Made by a program: the position numbers and the translations under genes
The notes under the pieces: model-generated
Database searches by the model: none
What the model was told of the DNA's origin: nothing
The model's input: the letters and a program-made list of their open reading frames with translations, nothing else
Source: Escherichia phage vB_EcoM_FB
Length of the DNA stretch: 64,000 nucleotides
Sequence record: MT682711.1
Direction: 5' to 3' (one strand)
Part shown: positions 53,412-62,225 of the stretch, piece after piece
Numbering within the stretch: position 1 is the stretch's first letter
How the letters are laid out: each line of letters starts with the position of its first letter

Positions 53412-54029
53412 TCACTTCGAATAAAGCATTTTTAACTTAATGAATTCAGGGTCATCATTAGGAACCCAACCCTCATTAAATTGTTTAATCATACTCTTTG
53501 ATGTAGTTTCACTAACATTTATACCAGAGTTAATGAGACGCCTCCATCCACAAGCTCTTCCACTAGAATTAATTATACAATAATTAGTATAAGCAATATC
53601 ACTAAGCATCCAATCTAAAGGGTTTGCTCTAGAAGTTTTCCAAGGACGGTAATCGGGTTGATTCATATAGTTAGCAGCTTTCATATGGGCTCTAACTTCA
53701 GGACGTTTGGCTGGGTGAGTGCATCCAAAGACTCCAAATCCGCCACCGGCATAAACCAAATTAAAATAATCATCATTATCTCTAGCTTGAACTTCCAATT
53801 GTTCTGAACGTTCAATATTAATAACAATATCAAATGGCGTTATAGCCAAAATTTCAACAATAGGTTTTTCTTCTTCGATGGCCTCTTTAAATCTTGATTG
53901 CTCGCAAGAGGTCCAATACTCTTTACCTTTACAGTCAATAATCACGCCATTTTCAAAAGTACAATTAGTTTTAGAACCTATGTACGAAAACGGCTTAATA
54001 TTATTAGCCTGACGATTAAGCCAAGTCAT
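53412..54029 (-). CDS. hypothetical protein (205 aa) in the slot T4 uses for segG
   Basis: First ATG at 54029 (track ORF starts at TTG 54047); no SD; no confident domain match. Confidence 0.45.
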   Translation of the reverse strand: MTWLNRQANNIKPFSYIGSKTNCTFENGVIIDCKGKEYWTSCEQSRFKEAIEEEKPIVEILAITPFDIVINIERSEQLEVQARDNDDYFNLVYAGGGFGVFGCTHPAKRPEVRAHMKAANYMNQPDYRPWKTSRANPLDWMLSDIAYTNYCIINSSGRACGWRRLINSGINVSETTSKSMIKQFNEGWVPNDDPEFIKLKMLYSK

Positions 54030-54043
54030 TTTATAAACTATAT

Positions 54044-54697
54044 TCAAAATTTACAACCCTTAATTGTTTCAATGAACAATTTACGAGCCTCAATAGAATC
54101 TACTATAAGAATTTTTTTGTAAGCATTTAATTTAGTCGAATACTTAGACCACACTAAATCGTTAGTCTTTTCATCGTGCTTATCAATTATATCCATAAAT
54201 GAATCAAGCAAAATAAACGTTTCGAATGAAATAACATTCGATTGAAGGAGCTTAAAAATATAACTCGAGTTAACTTTTTTATTATAATCAAAAATTTCAG
54301 AAAGCGCTTGAACTTCCACTTTCTTACTAAAATAATAAATGTTTTTGATATCATCCTCAAAAACTTGTTTTATTCTTTTAAGTCTACCGATATATTCTCG
54401 GTAAAAGACTAAGGCGTCAGCATCACTGATGTCGCCAATCCATGCGTCTTGGTTAGCTACCAAGTTACTCATGAATATAAGAGCAAGCTCTTTCAAAGTG
54501 TATTTATCACTCAATTTCTCAAAGAAATATTTGTCACGACGTTTTTGATAAGCCGTATCAGAGATTCGCATGACCCAGTTGTATTTGATAACGTCGTATT
54601 TGGCGTTGAAATGATGCTTTAACATCAAATATAGGGAATATACACTTTTGCCGTTCACCATACGGTTATTGTTTGGTGGCATGCGAATCTTAATCAT
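54044..54697 (-). CDS. 59: helicase loader gp59
   Basis: 217 aa; near-identical to my recollection of T4 gp59 (GKSVY.LYLM.K, ANQDAWIGDISDADALVFYREYIGRLK). Confidence 0.9.
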   Translation of the reverse strand: MIKIRMPPNNNRMVNGKSVYSLYLMLKHHFNAKYDVIKYNWVMRISDTAYQKRRDKYFFEKLSDKYTLKELALIFMSNLVANQDAWIGDISDADALVFYREYIGRLKRIKQVFEDDIKNIYYFSKKVEVQALSEIFDYNKKVNSSYIFKLLQSNVISFETFILLDSFMDIIDKHDEKTNDLVWSKYSTKLNAYKKILIVDSIEARKLFIETIKGCKF

Positions 54698-54996
54698 AAC
54701 AAGAAATCCAGGGTATTAGTCTTTTGCGTTCGAGCCATTGAAGGTCGAAGCAAGTTATCATCAATGGCTTCGTTCATAATTTTATCAATAATTCCTGCAG
54801 GCAAATAACGAGCAAAGTTACCTTCAGGGATGCTGTTCTCTTCCAACCATGCGGTAGCCGCTTCGAGGTAACTACAACCTTCAGCCTCAACAAAGGCCTC
54901 AATATCAAGGCCATTCTGTTGTTTGTTTACCAATACATGGACGGGTTCAGAAGCGGTATTAACCGCTCCATCAAAATCATTCAAAGATTGTGTCAT
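54694..54996 (-). CDS. 33: late transcription accessory protein gp33
   Basis: 100 aa; position between 59 and dsbA. Confidence 0.8.
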   Translation of the reverse strand: MTQSLNDFDGAVNTASEPVHVLVNKQQNGLDIEAFVEAEGCSYLEAATAWLEENSIPEGNFARYLPAGIIDKIMNEAIDDNLLRPSMARTQKTNTLDFLL

Positions 54997-55246
54997 ACAG
55001 TTCTACCACTTCAGTTTTTTCGTCTTCGAAACGTTCGCGAGTGCCTTTATGGTACAGGGAGAACAGCTGGTTAAACATTTTACCGTCTACACCAAGTTCA
55101 GTCTTAGCACGGTCTTTGATATCTTTAATTTCGTCACCGTAGGCTTCCATTTTTAATTTAGTATCGGAAGCGGTTTTAATCAGTTGTGCTAATGTGTTAC
55201 CATGTTCTTCTTGATTGAATTCAACTTTCACTTTTTCTTTAGCCAT
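54977..55246 (-). CDS. dsbA: double-stranded DNA-binding protein DsbA
   Basis: ATG 55246 with AAGGTGA SD (track ORF starts at GTG 55255); 89 aa as in T4. Confidence 0.8.
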   Translation of the reverse strand: MAKEKVKVEFNQEEHGNTLAQLIKTASDTKLKMEAYGDEIKDIKDRAKTELGVDGKMFNQLFSLYHKGTRERFEDEKTEVVELYDTIFE

Positions 55247-55256
55247 TATATTCACC

Positions 55257-56204
55257 TTAATAAAAATCAGCTACTGTAGCGGTTAGTTTAGACAAACCGG
55301 ATTTAACGAAATAAGGATAAACTTTAGATTTCGAAGGTTTGTTATACGTATTATATCTTTCAGTAATTAAAGCAACAATATCATCTGGAATAAAGTCCAT
55401 ATCAATTAAGATTTGGTTTTCACAGAAACGTTCATATTGTTCTTCAGTAAGAAGTGTTTTAATTATATCATGGTCATAATAATTAAGAGCAATTGCTTCA
55501 AGTTCCTTGGCACGAGTGCTAGGAGTACGCTCGCCTTCAACCATGGTCAACCAATAATCACCACGAACTTTAATACTCGCGACGTTATCTTTACGGTCAC
55601 CTTTAACAACCTTGGTTACACAATCCAGTAATGAATCACCAGATTTTGTTTTGACGAATTTTTTCTGCATTGGAGACCATTGTTTTACCCCAGGGAATTT
55701 ATGGAGTTGAGTAAAGTCGCCATCAGAGGAACCAATCATAACCGGATGGCCTAAAGCCGTAAGGATTCGGGTTAAAACAGCAATATGGTCATCAGCCTCG
55801 ACAGTATCGATGTTCATAACAATATAAGGCATGTTATGTTCAAGCTCATCAATAATCAAATGCATTGCCGTAAATAAGCCTTCCCAATCAAATAATGATT
55901 CTTCACGAGCCTTGGCACGGTTTTTCTTATAATAAGGTGAATAGCGACGTCGCCAATAACCTGATTTAGAGTTATCAACACAAATAACCAGTTGGTTGTA
56001 ACCTTGTTTTTTAAAGTCTTTAATGTTTTTCTTAATTGAATTCAACACGAGGTGTCGAAGCATTGCTGTAGTTACTTTAGGAAATCCAGCATTTTCACCA
56101 AATTCTTGGAATGCTGCTGCCATAATGATTTGGCTAAAGTCTAACAACAAGAATCCATCTTTTTGACGTTCTTCTTCAGGAAGTAAAAAATCTAAATCGT
56201 TCAT
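55257..56204 (-). CDS. rnh: RNase H (5'-3' exonuclease, FEN-like)
   Basis: Start re-set to ATG 56204; conserved blocks GYWRR..Y.YYKKNR.KAREES, DDHIAVL, SSDGDFTQLHK, KDNVAS.KVR. Confidence 0.9.
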   Translation of the reverse strand: MNDLDFLLPEEERQKDGFLLLDFSQIIMAAAFQEFGENAGFPKVTTAMLRHLVLNSIKKNIKDFKKQGYNQLVICVDNSKSGYWRRRYSPYYKKNRAKAREESLFDWEGLFTAMHLIIDELEHNMPYIVMNIDTVEADDHIAVLTRILTALGHPVMIGSSDGDFTQLHKFPGVKQWSPMQKKFVKTKSGDSLLDCVTKVVKGDRKDNVASIKVRGDYWLTMVEGERTPSTRAKELEAIALNYYDHDIIKTLLTEEQYERFCENQILIDMDFIPDDIVALITERYNTYNKPSKSKVYPYFVKSGLSKLTATVADFY

Positions 56205-56235
56205 ATGAACCTCTGTCCAATTAGTGTAGAGGTTC

Positions 56236-56264
56236 ATTATATCATGGGTTTTAAGGAAGTAAAC
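56236..56264 (-). promoter_or_regulatory. T4-type early promoter (GTTTAC -35, TGATATAAT extended -10) for rnh
   Basis: Minus strand GTTTACTTCCTTAAAACCCATGATATAAT. Confidence 0.6.
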
Positions 56265-56271
56265 ATCTTGC

Positions 56272-56279
56272 TATAAATA
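56272..56279 (+). promoter_or_regulatory. T4-type late promoter TATAAATA (gene 34)
   Basis: Exact TATAAATA 33 nt upstream of gene 34 ATG. Confidence 0.65.
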
Positions 56280-56311
56280 GTTCTATACCCTGAAAACGAA
56301 AAGGAAATAAA

Positions 56312-59300
56312 ATGGCCGATATTTTAAAACCTGCCTTCCGTGCTACATCCGGACTCGATGCTGCAGGCGAGAAAGTTATCAATGTTGCCAAAGCCGATTA
56401 CAATGTATTAGACGACGGCGTCAACGTTGAATTCTTTATAGATGAGAACACCATCCAGGCGTACGACGAGACGCGTGGATATAAGAAAGGGTTTGCAGTA
56501 ATCCATGACCAACGTATCTGGGTTTCTCAACGTGAAATTCCTTCTCCTGCAGGAACCTTTACACCGGGTTATTGGACTGCTACCCGTACTGACCCTAAGT
56601 GGATTACCGTAGCATCTCCTACCCGTCAGTTGGCTTCCGGTGAATATATTGCGGTGGATTCCGCTGCTAGCTTTACTACATTTACCCTGCCTCCTAACCC
56701 TACAGATGGCGATACCGTTGTAATTAAAGATATCGGTGGACGTGTCGGTTATAACGAAATCAAGGTCCAATCTAGTTCTGCGCCTGGCGGCGGTAACCAG
56801 AAAATTGTTCGTTTTGGTAATCAGTTCTCTGAAACCCTGATAACCAAACCATTTTCTTATAACATGCTTATCTTTGCCAACCGTTTATGGCATTTCTGGG
56901 AAGCAGGTAATGAAGAACGTGGTATTCGTGTAGAACCGAACACGGCCCAGTTCCAATCACAAGCAGGTGATAACGTTCTCCGTCGTTATACTTCAGGTGC
57001 AGTAATTAAGTTTACTCTTCCTAAGTATGCGAACCAGGGTGATATTATTAAAACCGTTGATATTGATGGTTTAGGAAGTAAATTCCATTTAATCGTCGAA
57101 ACGTTTGATGCCTCGTCTTCATTAGGTAAGCTTGGTCAGCATAGCATGGAATTCCGTACCTCCGGTGATGGATTCTTTGTTTATAACTCTACCGAAAAAT
57201 TATGGTATGTTTGGGACGGTGACCGTCAAACTCGTTTACGCGTAATTCGTGACGATGTTGAGCTCTTGGCTAATGAAAGTGTTATTGTTTTTGGTCCTAA
57301 TAATACGACGCCGCAGACGATTAATATCACATTACCTACAGGCGTAGCCCAGGGTGATGTCGTTAAGATTGCTCTGAACTATCTCCGTAAAGCTCAGACG
57401 GTAAATATTAAGGCCACCGTAGGAGATAAAATTGCTTCTTCGGTTCAATTGCTCCAGTTCCCTAAACGTTCTGAATATCCGCCGGATACTGAATGGGTGT
57501 TGAATGATGTACTGACCTTTAATGGCGATATAAGTTATACTCCGGTTATTGAACTGAGTTATATCGAAGACACCACTACAGGTGGCAAATATTGGGTTGT
57601 TGCTCAGAACGTTCCTACTATAGAACGTGTAGATTCTAAAGATGATTTAACTCGTGCTCGTTTAGGTGTTATTGCCCTTGCGTCGCAGACTCAGGCAAAC
57701 GTTGACCATGAAAATAACCCTGAGAAAGAACTTGCAATTACTCCACAGACTTTAGCTAATCGTGTAGCGACTGAATCTCGTCGTGGTATTGCTCGTATTG
57801 CTACTACTGCTCAGGTGAACCAGGACACAACCTTCGCATTCCAGGACGATTTGATTATTTCTCCTAAGAAATTAAACGAACGTACTGCAACCGAAACTCG
57901 CCGTGGTGTTGCTGAAATTGCTACGCAAGTTGAAACTAACACGGGTACAGATGATACTACAATCATCACTCCTAAGAAGCTACAAGCACGCCAGGGTTCG
58001 GAAAGTCTTTCAGGTATTGTAACATATACCTCTACTGTAGGAACCACTCCTGCGACTGCTAGAGACACTGTAGGTACTAACGTTTATAATAAGAACGTAG
58101 GCAATTTGGTTATTTCTCCTAAAGCTCTCGACCAGTATAAAGCTACCCAAGTTCAACAGGGTACGGTATATCTTTCTAACCAATCTGAAGTTAACGCAGG
58201 TCAAACTGCAAGTGGATTTGCCAACAGTGCTGTTTCTCCGGAAACATTACATGCCCGTGTGGCTCTTGATACTCGTACAGGGTTAATTGAAATTGCTACG
58301 CAAGCAGAGACTGATACTGGAACAGATTATACTCGTGCAGTAACGCCTAAGACGTTAAATGATAGGAAAGCTACGGAAGGATTGACTGGTATTGCTAGAA
58401 TTGCAACACAGGTAGAATTTGATGCAGGTACGTTAGATAATGTTATTTCAACTCCGTTGAAAATTAAAACAAGATTTAATGATACTGCTAGAACTTCTGT
58501 CTCAGCAGCCAGCGGTTTGGTTGAATCAGGAACCTTATGGAACCATTATACACTAGATATTAGAGAAGCAAATGAGACACAACGTGGTACTGCTCGCCTG
58601 GCAACCCAGACCGAAGTCAACGTTGGTACTGATGACAAAACTATCATCACTCCTTTGAAATTACACTCTAAAAAATCTACTGAAAGTTCTGAGGGTATTA
58701 TTCGTGTTGCAACTAATACCGAAACAACCGCAGGAACTTCTAAAGTTTTGGCTGTAAGCCCTTCTGGTTTAAAATATGTAGTACAGACCGAAACCACTTG
58801 GGAAGCTACTGCACTTCGTCGTGGATTTGTTAAACTAACCGAAGGTGCTTTAACCCATTCAGGAAATAAAGTTACCGGTTCCGGTGTTAAATTTAACTCA
58901 GGCACAGGCCTTTATGAGAACGATGATACTGTTCTGAACGCAGCGAACTACCCTAAAACGGGTTATGCTGTTTCATCTTACGAGATGAATAAAACTTTAC
59001 AGAACTTTTTACCTATAAATGCTACGGCTGTGAACTCCGAGAAATTGGATGGCCTGGATTCACTTCAGTTCATTCGTAGAGACGTCGACCAAACGGTTAA
59101 TGGTTCTTTAACCCTGACCAAACAATTGAACCTGGCAGCTCCTCTAGTGTCTTCTAGTACTGCTAATATTACTGGCAATACTATTTTAGGTTCTCTAGAA
59201 GTAACTGGAAATTCTACTTTTAAAAATGATGTATCTGTTAGCTCAGGTAAATCTATTAAATTTGTAGGACCCCAGTCTGGCGCAGGTTCTTGGGATTCTC

Positions 59301-60364
59301 AGGCAACTAATTTTGCACCTATTTTCTCTGAGATAAATTCTACTGTTGATGCTAGTTATCACCCTATTGTTAAGCAACGATTAGGGCAGGGTACTTTCTC
59401 TTTAGGTACTTTAAATGACGGTTCCGGCGATTTTAAAATCCATCATATCAGCAGTGCTTCTGGTGCTTTAAAATCTTCCTACTGGACCTTTAATACGACC
59501 GGTGATTTTGCTGTTAATAGTGGTTCTATTAGTATTTCCAAGAACGCTAATATCACAGGTACAACTACTTCTAACGGTGTTTCTACAACTACATTAAATG
59601 CTTCTGCTCTGTCTTCGTTGCAAAACGTAACTACTTCAGGTACTATCGTTTCCACCGGACAGGTATCGGCAAATAATGGTTTGGTTGCTCAAAAATACGT
59701 CCGTTCTGTTGGTGTTAAACCTACATTAGCATCCCAGGCCCCTACTGCAGAAACCGTTGGCTTCTGGTCTGTCGATATCAATGATTCGGCTACATTTAAC
59801 CTGTTCCCTGGTTATTGGACGATGAAAACTAAACGTCAGGTTAATATCGATACGGTCCAAACTAAACCTGCCGGTGTTTCTGATGAGATATGGAATGCTT
59901 CTGGTTGGTTGACAGAAACGGGTGCATTTAGTTCTCCGGCTATTCGTTATAGTAACGAAGACGGTAGTTTTGGTGACGAAGTTCTCGGTACATCAGGTCA
60001 GAAATTACGTGGTACTTGGTTTGATTATTCTGTTCGTGATAAGGAAGTTAAATATCCTGGTACGTTAACTCAGTTTGGTAATACATTGGATTCATGTTAT
60101 CAAGATTGGGTGTGCTATCCTACAGGACTGAATGGTGGTACTATTCGTTATACACGTACCTGGCAGAAAAATAAAAACGCATGGACTACGTTCTCTATGG
60201 TCTATACGGCAGATAACCCTCCTTCTGCGGAAGAGGTTGGTGCATTGCCTGCTGATAACGCTACAATGGGTAACATTACAATCCTTGATTGGTTACGTAT
60301 TGGCAACGTTCGTATTATTCCTGACCCGGTCACTAAATCCGTTAAGTTTGAGTGGATTGAATAA
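56312..60364 (+). CDS. 34: long tail fiber proximal subunit gp34
   Basis: 1350 aa (T4 about 1289); contains repeated tail-fiber motif ..(I/V)(S/T)P..L..(R/K)..TE...G.(A/I)(R/E)IAT..E...GTD. Confidence 0.95.
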   Translation: MADILKPAFRATSGLDAAGEKVINVAKADYNVLDDGVNVEFFIDENTIQAYDETRGYKKGFAVIHDQRIWVSQREIPSPAGTFTPGYWTATRTDPKWITVASPTRQLASGEYIAVDSAASFTTFTLPPNPTDGDTVVIKDIGGRVGYNEIKVQSSSAPGGGNQKIVRFGNQFSETLITKPFSYNMLIFANRLWHFWEAGNEERGIRVEPNTAQFQSQAGDNVLRRYTSGAVIKFTLPKYANQGDIIKTVDIDGLGSKFHLIVETFDASSSLGKLGQHSMEFRTSGDGFFVYNSTEKLWYVWDGDRQTRLRVIRDDVELLANESVIVFGPNNTTPQTINITLPTGVAQGDVVKIALNYLRKAQTVNIKATVGDKIASSVQLLQFPKRSEYPPDTEWVLNDVLTFNGDISYTPVIELSYIEDTTTGGKYWVVAQNVPTIERVDSKDDLTRARLGVIALASQTQANVDHENNPEKELAITPQTLANRVATESRRGIARIATTAQVNQDTTFAFQDDLIISPKKLNERTATETRRGVAEIATQVETNTGTDDTTIITPKKLQARQGSESLSGIVTYTSTVGTTPATARDTVGTNVYNKNVGNLVISPKALDQYKATQVQQGTVYLSNQSEVNAGQTASGFANSAVSPETLHARVALDTRTGLIEIATQAETDTGTDYTRAVTPKTLNDRKATEGLTGIARIATQVEFDAGTLDNVISTPLKIKTRFNDTARTSVSAASGLVESGTLWNHYTLDIREANETQRGTARLATQTEVNVGTDDKTIITPLKLHSKKSTESSEGIIRVATNTETTAGTSKVLAVSPSGLKYVVQTETTWEATALRRGFVKLTEGALTHSGNKVTGSGVKFNSGTGLYENDDTVLNAANYPKTGYAVSSYEMNKTLQNFLPINATAVNSEKLDGLDSLQFIRRDVDQTVNGSLTLTKQLNLAAPLVSSSTANITGNTILGSLEVTGNSTFKNDVSVSSGKSIKFVGPQSGAGSWDSQATNFAPIFSEINSTVDASYHPIVKQRLGQGTFSLGTLNDGSGDFKIHHISSASGALKSSYWTFNTTGDFAVNSGSISISKNANITGTTTSNGVSTTTLNASALSSLQNVTTSGTIVSTGQVSANNGLVAQKYVRSVGVKPTLASQAPTAETVGFWSVDINDSATFNLFPGYWTMKTKRQVNIDTVQTKPAGVSDEIWNASGWLTETGAFSSPAIRYSNEDGSFGDEVLGTSGQKLRGTWFDYSVRDKEVKYPGTLTQFGNTLDSCYQDWVCYPTGLNGGTIRYTRTWQKNKNAWTTFSMVYTADNPPSAEEVGALPADNATMGNITILDWLRIGNVRIIPDPVTKSVKFEWIE

Positions 60365-60372
60365 GAGGTATT

Positions 60373-61494
60373 ATGGAAAGATTTATGGCAGAATTTGGAC
60401 AAGGATATGTCCAGGTTCCTACATTATCTGAAAACAATGCTGTAAGGTATAAACTTAGTATAGCGGGTAGTTGTACTAAGTCTACCACAAAAGCATATGT
60501 TAAATTTCAAGATGGGAACTTCGGTTCCCAGAATTTTAAAAATGGATTAAACCTTATAGAAATCGATGTTAGTGCTGAACCCAAAATAGTGGCTAACAAA
60601 ACTTATAGTTTTACAAAAGATTTTGATGTTATTTCTGAAGCTTTTATAACGTATATAAATTCTATACCGGCTAATAGAATAGTTTGTTTAGTATCTTCTG
60701 GTAGATTAAATGCTTCACAAAAACTTATCGATTGGTTCCGTGCAGCAGGAAGTACCGCATTTCCATCTAAATGGCTAATAGACCGCTTCGAGCCGTCTTA
60801 TTCGGCATTTTATGTTTCAGGAAGGAATGCTATAGTAATGGAACATGTGCTTTATAATGATGGGGTATTGGTCGAAGATGTTTCTACCCCATTAGAAGTG
60901 GTATTTGATGATATCAGCGACGTTGGTGGTACAGGATATCCTGTCAGAATTGTTGAAGACGAAAGCACTTATCTAAGCAATGATGGAGATGAAATTAAGC
61001 GATTTCCTACCGAATCTCCTACAACCCCATTAACAGATTATAATATGAAACCAGGTGAATTCTTTTACCTTAAGTTTCAATTAATGCGCGACCAAGCTTT
61101 AAAAGACGTAGGGACTTCTCAGATGTCTGTTAGATTTTTTAATGCCTCAGGTGCTTTAACTGGGACAGTTAATATGGACGTTCCTTCCAACGTTCCTGCT
61201 GGTGCATGGATGACATTTGAACGGGTAGTAATGGTTCCTGAAGGTACTACAGACTTCACCCTTTATGCCAGAAAAACCGCTTCGGCTGGCCAAGGTGGAG
61301 TTCGAAATGTTATGTTCGGTGAGATATCTGAATCAGAACCTCAGCCAAAACCTGCTGAATTTGGTGTTAACGGTATTCGTATGAACTTTGGTACGGAAAC
61401 TAAAAATATGGGTACTACCATAGCCCAGCTATATGATAAAACAGGCACTAAACCTGGTCAGGTTTGGGTCGCTGAATTTAGAGAAAAATATTAA
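60373..61494 (+). CDS. 35: long tail fiber hinge protein gp35
   Basis: 373 aa; position after gene 34. Confidence 0.85.
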   Translation: MERFMAEFGQGYVQVPTLSENNAVRYKLSIAGSCTKSTTKAYVKFQDGNFGSQNFKNGLNLIEIDVSAEPKIVANKTYSFTKDFDVISEAFITYINSIPANRIVCLVSSGRLNASQKLIDWFRAAGSTAFPSKWLIDRFEPSYSAFYVSGRNAIVMEHVLYNDGVLVEDVSTPLEVVFDDISDVGGTGYPVRIVEDESTYLSNDGDEIKRFPTESPTTPLTDYNMKPGEFFYLKFQLMRDQALKDVGTSQMSVRFFNASGALTGTVNMDVPSNVPAGAWMTFERVVMVPEGTTDFTLYARKTASAGQGGVRNVMFGEISESEPQPKPAEFGVNGIRMNFGTETKNMGTTIAQLYDKTGTKPGQVWVAEFREKY

Positions 61495-61522
61495 GGAACC
61501 TTCGGGTTCCTTTTTCGTTTTC
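61495..61522 (+). terminator. rho-independent terminator after gene 35
   Basis: GGAACC-TTCG-GGTTCC followed by TTTTTCGTTTTC. Confidence 0.7.
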
Positions 61523-61569
61523 TACGACCATAAATATATAAAAGGCTATAACTCCCAAAGGAAACTCAA

Positions 61570-62217
61570 ATGGCAGATTTAAAATTAGGTTCTACAGCAG
61601 GAGGTTCAGTATTATGGCACCAAGGTAATTTTCCCTTAACGCCTGTATCAAACGACCTTCTTTACAAAACATATAAAGTTTACACCGAATATAATAAACC
61701 ACAAGCCGCTGATAACGACTTTGTTTCAAAAGCAAATGGTGGTAATTATAAGAATAACGTGTATTTTGAAAAAGGGCTGACCTTTAATGATACTAATGGA
61801 TACGGTATTAAATTAGGAGCAAGAACTGGCGGAGCACCGTTCACGGCTTCTTTCCGTATTAAAGGCGCTTTTGGATATGAAACGGAAGACGCTACTCCGT
61901 TCATAATATTCAACCCAAGTACAGTAGTAGGTGCTAAACGCCTTACAGTAATGGGTGATTCATTATTCCGTCAAGTTTATGACGAATCAGGTCGTGTATT
62001 CAGCCCAGGCAACACCCCTACTAAAGCTCAAGTAGGATTATCGTTAGTAGATAACGCAAAACAAGTCCAAATAAATAATACTAACATGCAAACAATGACC
62101 GGAGTACTTGCTGCTCCTAACTTTATTTCGCTGAATCCGGCCTCTGACGCAGGACACGTTCCTCGTTTTGACCAGATTGTCATTAAAGATTCTATTCAAG
62201 ATTTTGGTTATTATTAA
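61570..62217 (+). CDS. 36: long tail fiber distal subunit gp36
   Basis: 215 aa; position between 35 and 37. Confidence 0.85.
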   Translation: MADLKLGSTAGGSVLWHQGNFPLTPVSNDLLYKTYKVYTEYNKPQAADNDFVSKANGGNYKNNVYFEKGLTFNDTNGYGIKLGARTGGAPFTASFRIKGAFGYETEDATPFIIFNPSTVVGAKRLTVMGDSLFRQVYDESGRVFSPGNTPTKAQVGLSLVDNAKQVQINNTNMQTMTGVLAAPNFISLNPASDAGHVPRFDQIVIKDSIQDFGYY

Positions 62218-62225
62218 GAGGCATT

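Noticed and set aside
53412-54047. Possible GIY-YIG motif (IVY...YIGS) at the N-terminus of the segG-slot ORF
   Set aside because: The IVY residues are upstream of the first ATG (track start is a TTG), the spacing between the two motifs would be about 16 residues rather than 10-11, and no conserved Arg/Glu/Asn follow; not enough to call an endonuclease.
61530-61560. Late promoter upstream of gene 36 (CATAAATATATAAAAGG)
   Set aside because: Not an exact TATAAATA match; gene 36 may be co-transcribed from upstream or use a variant box, so no promoter is called.
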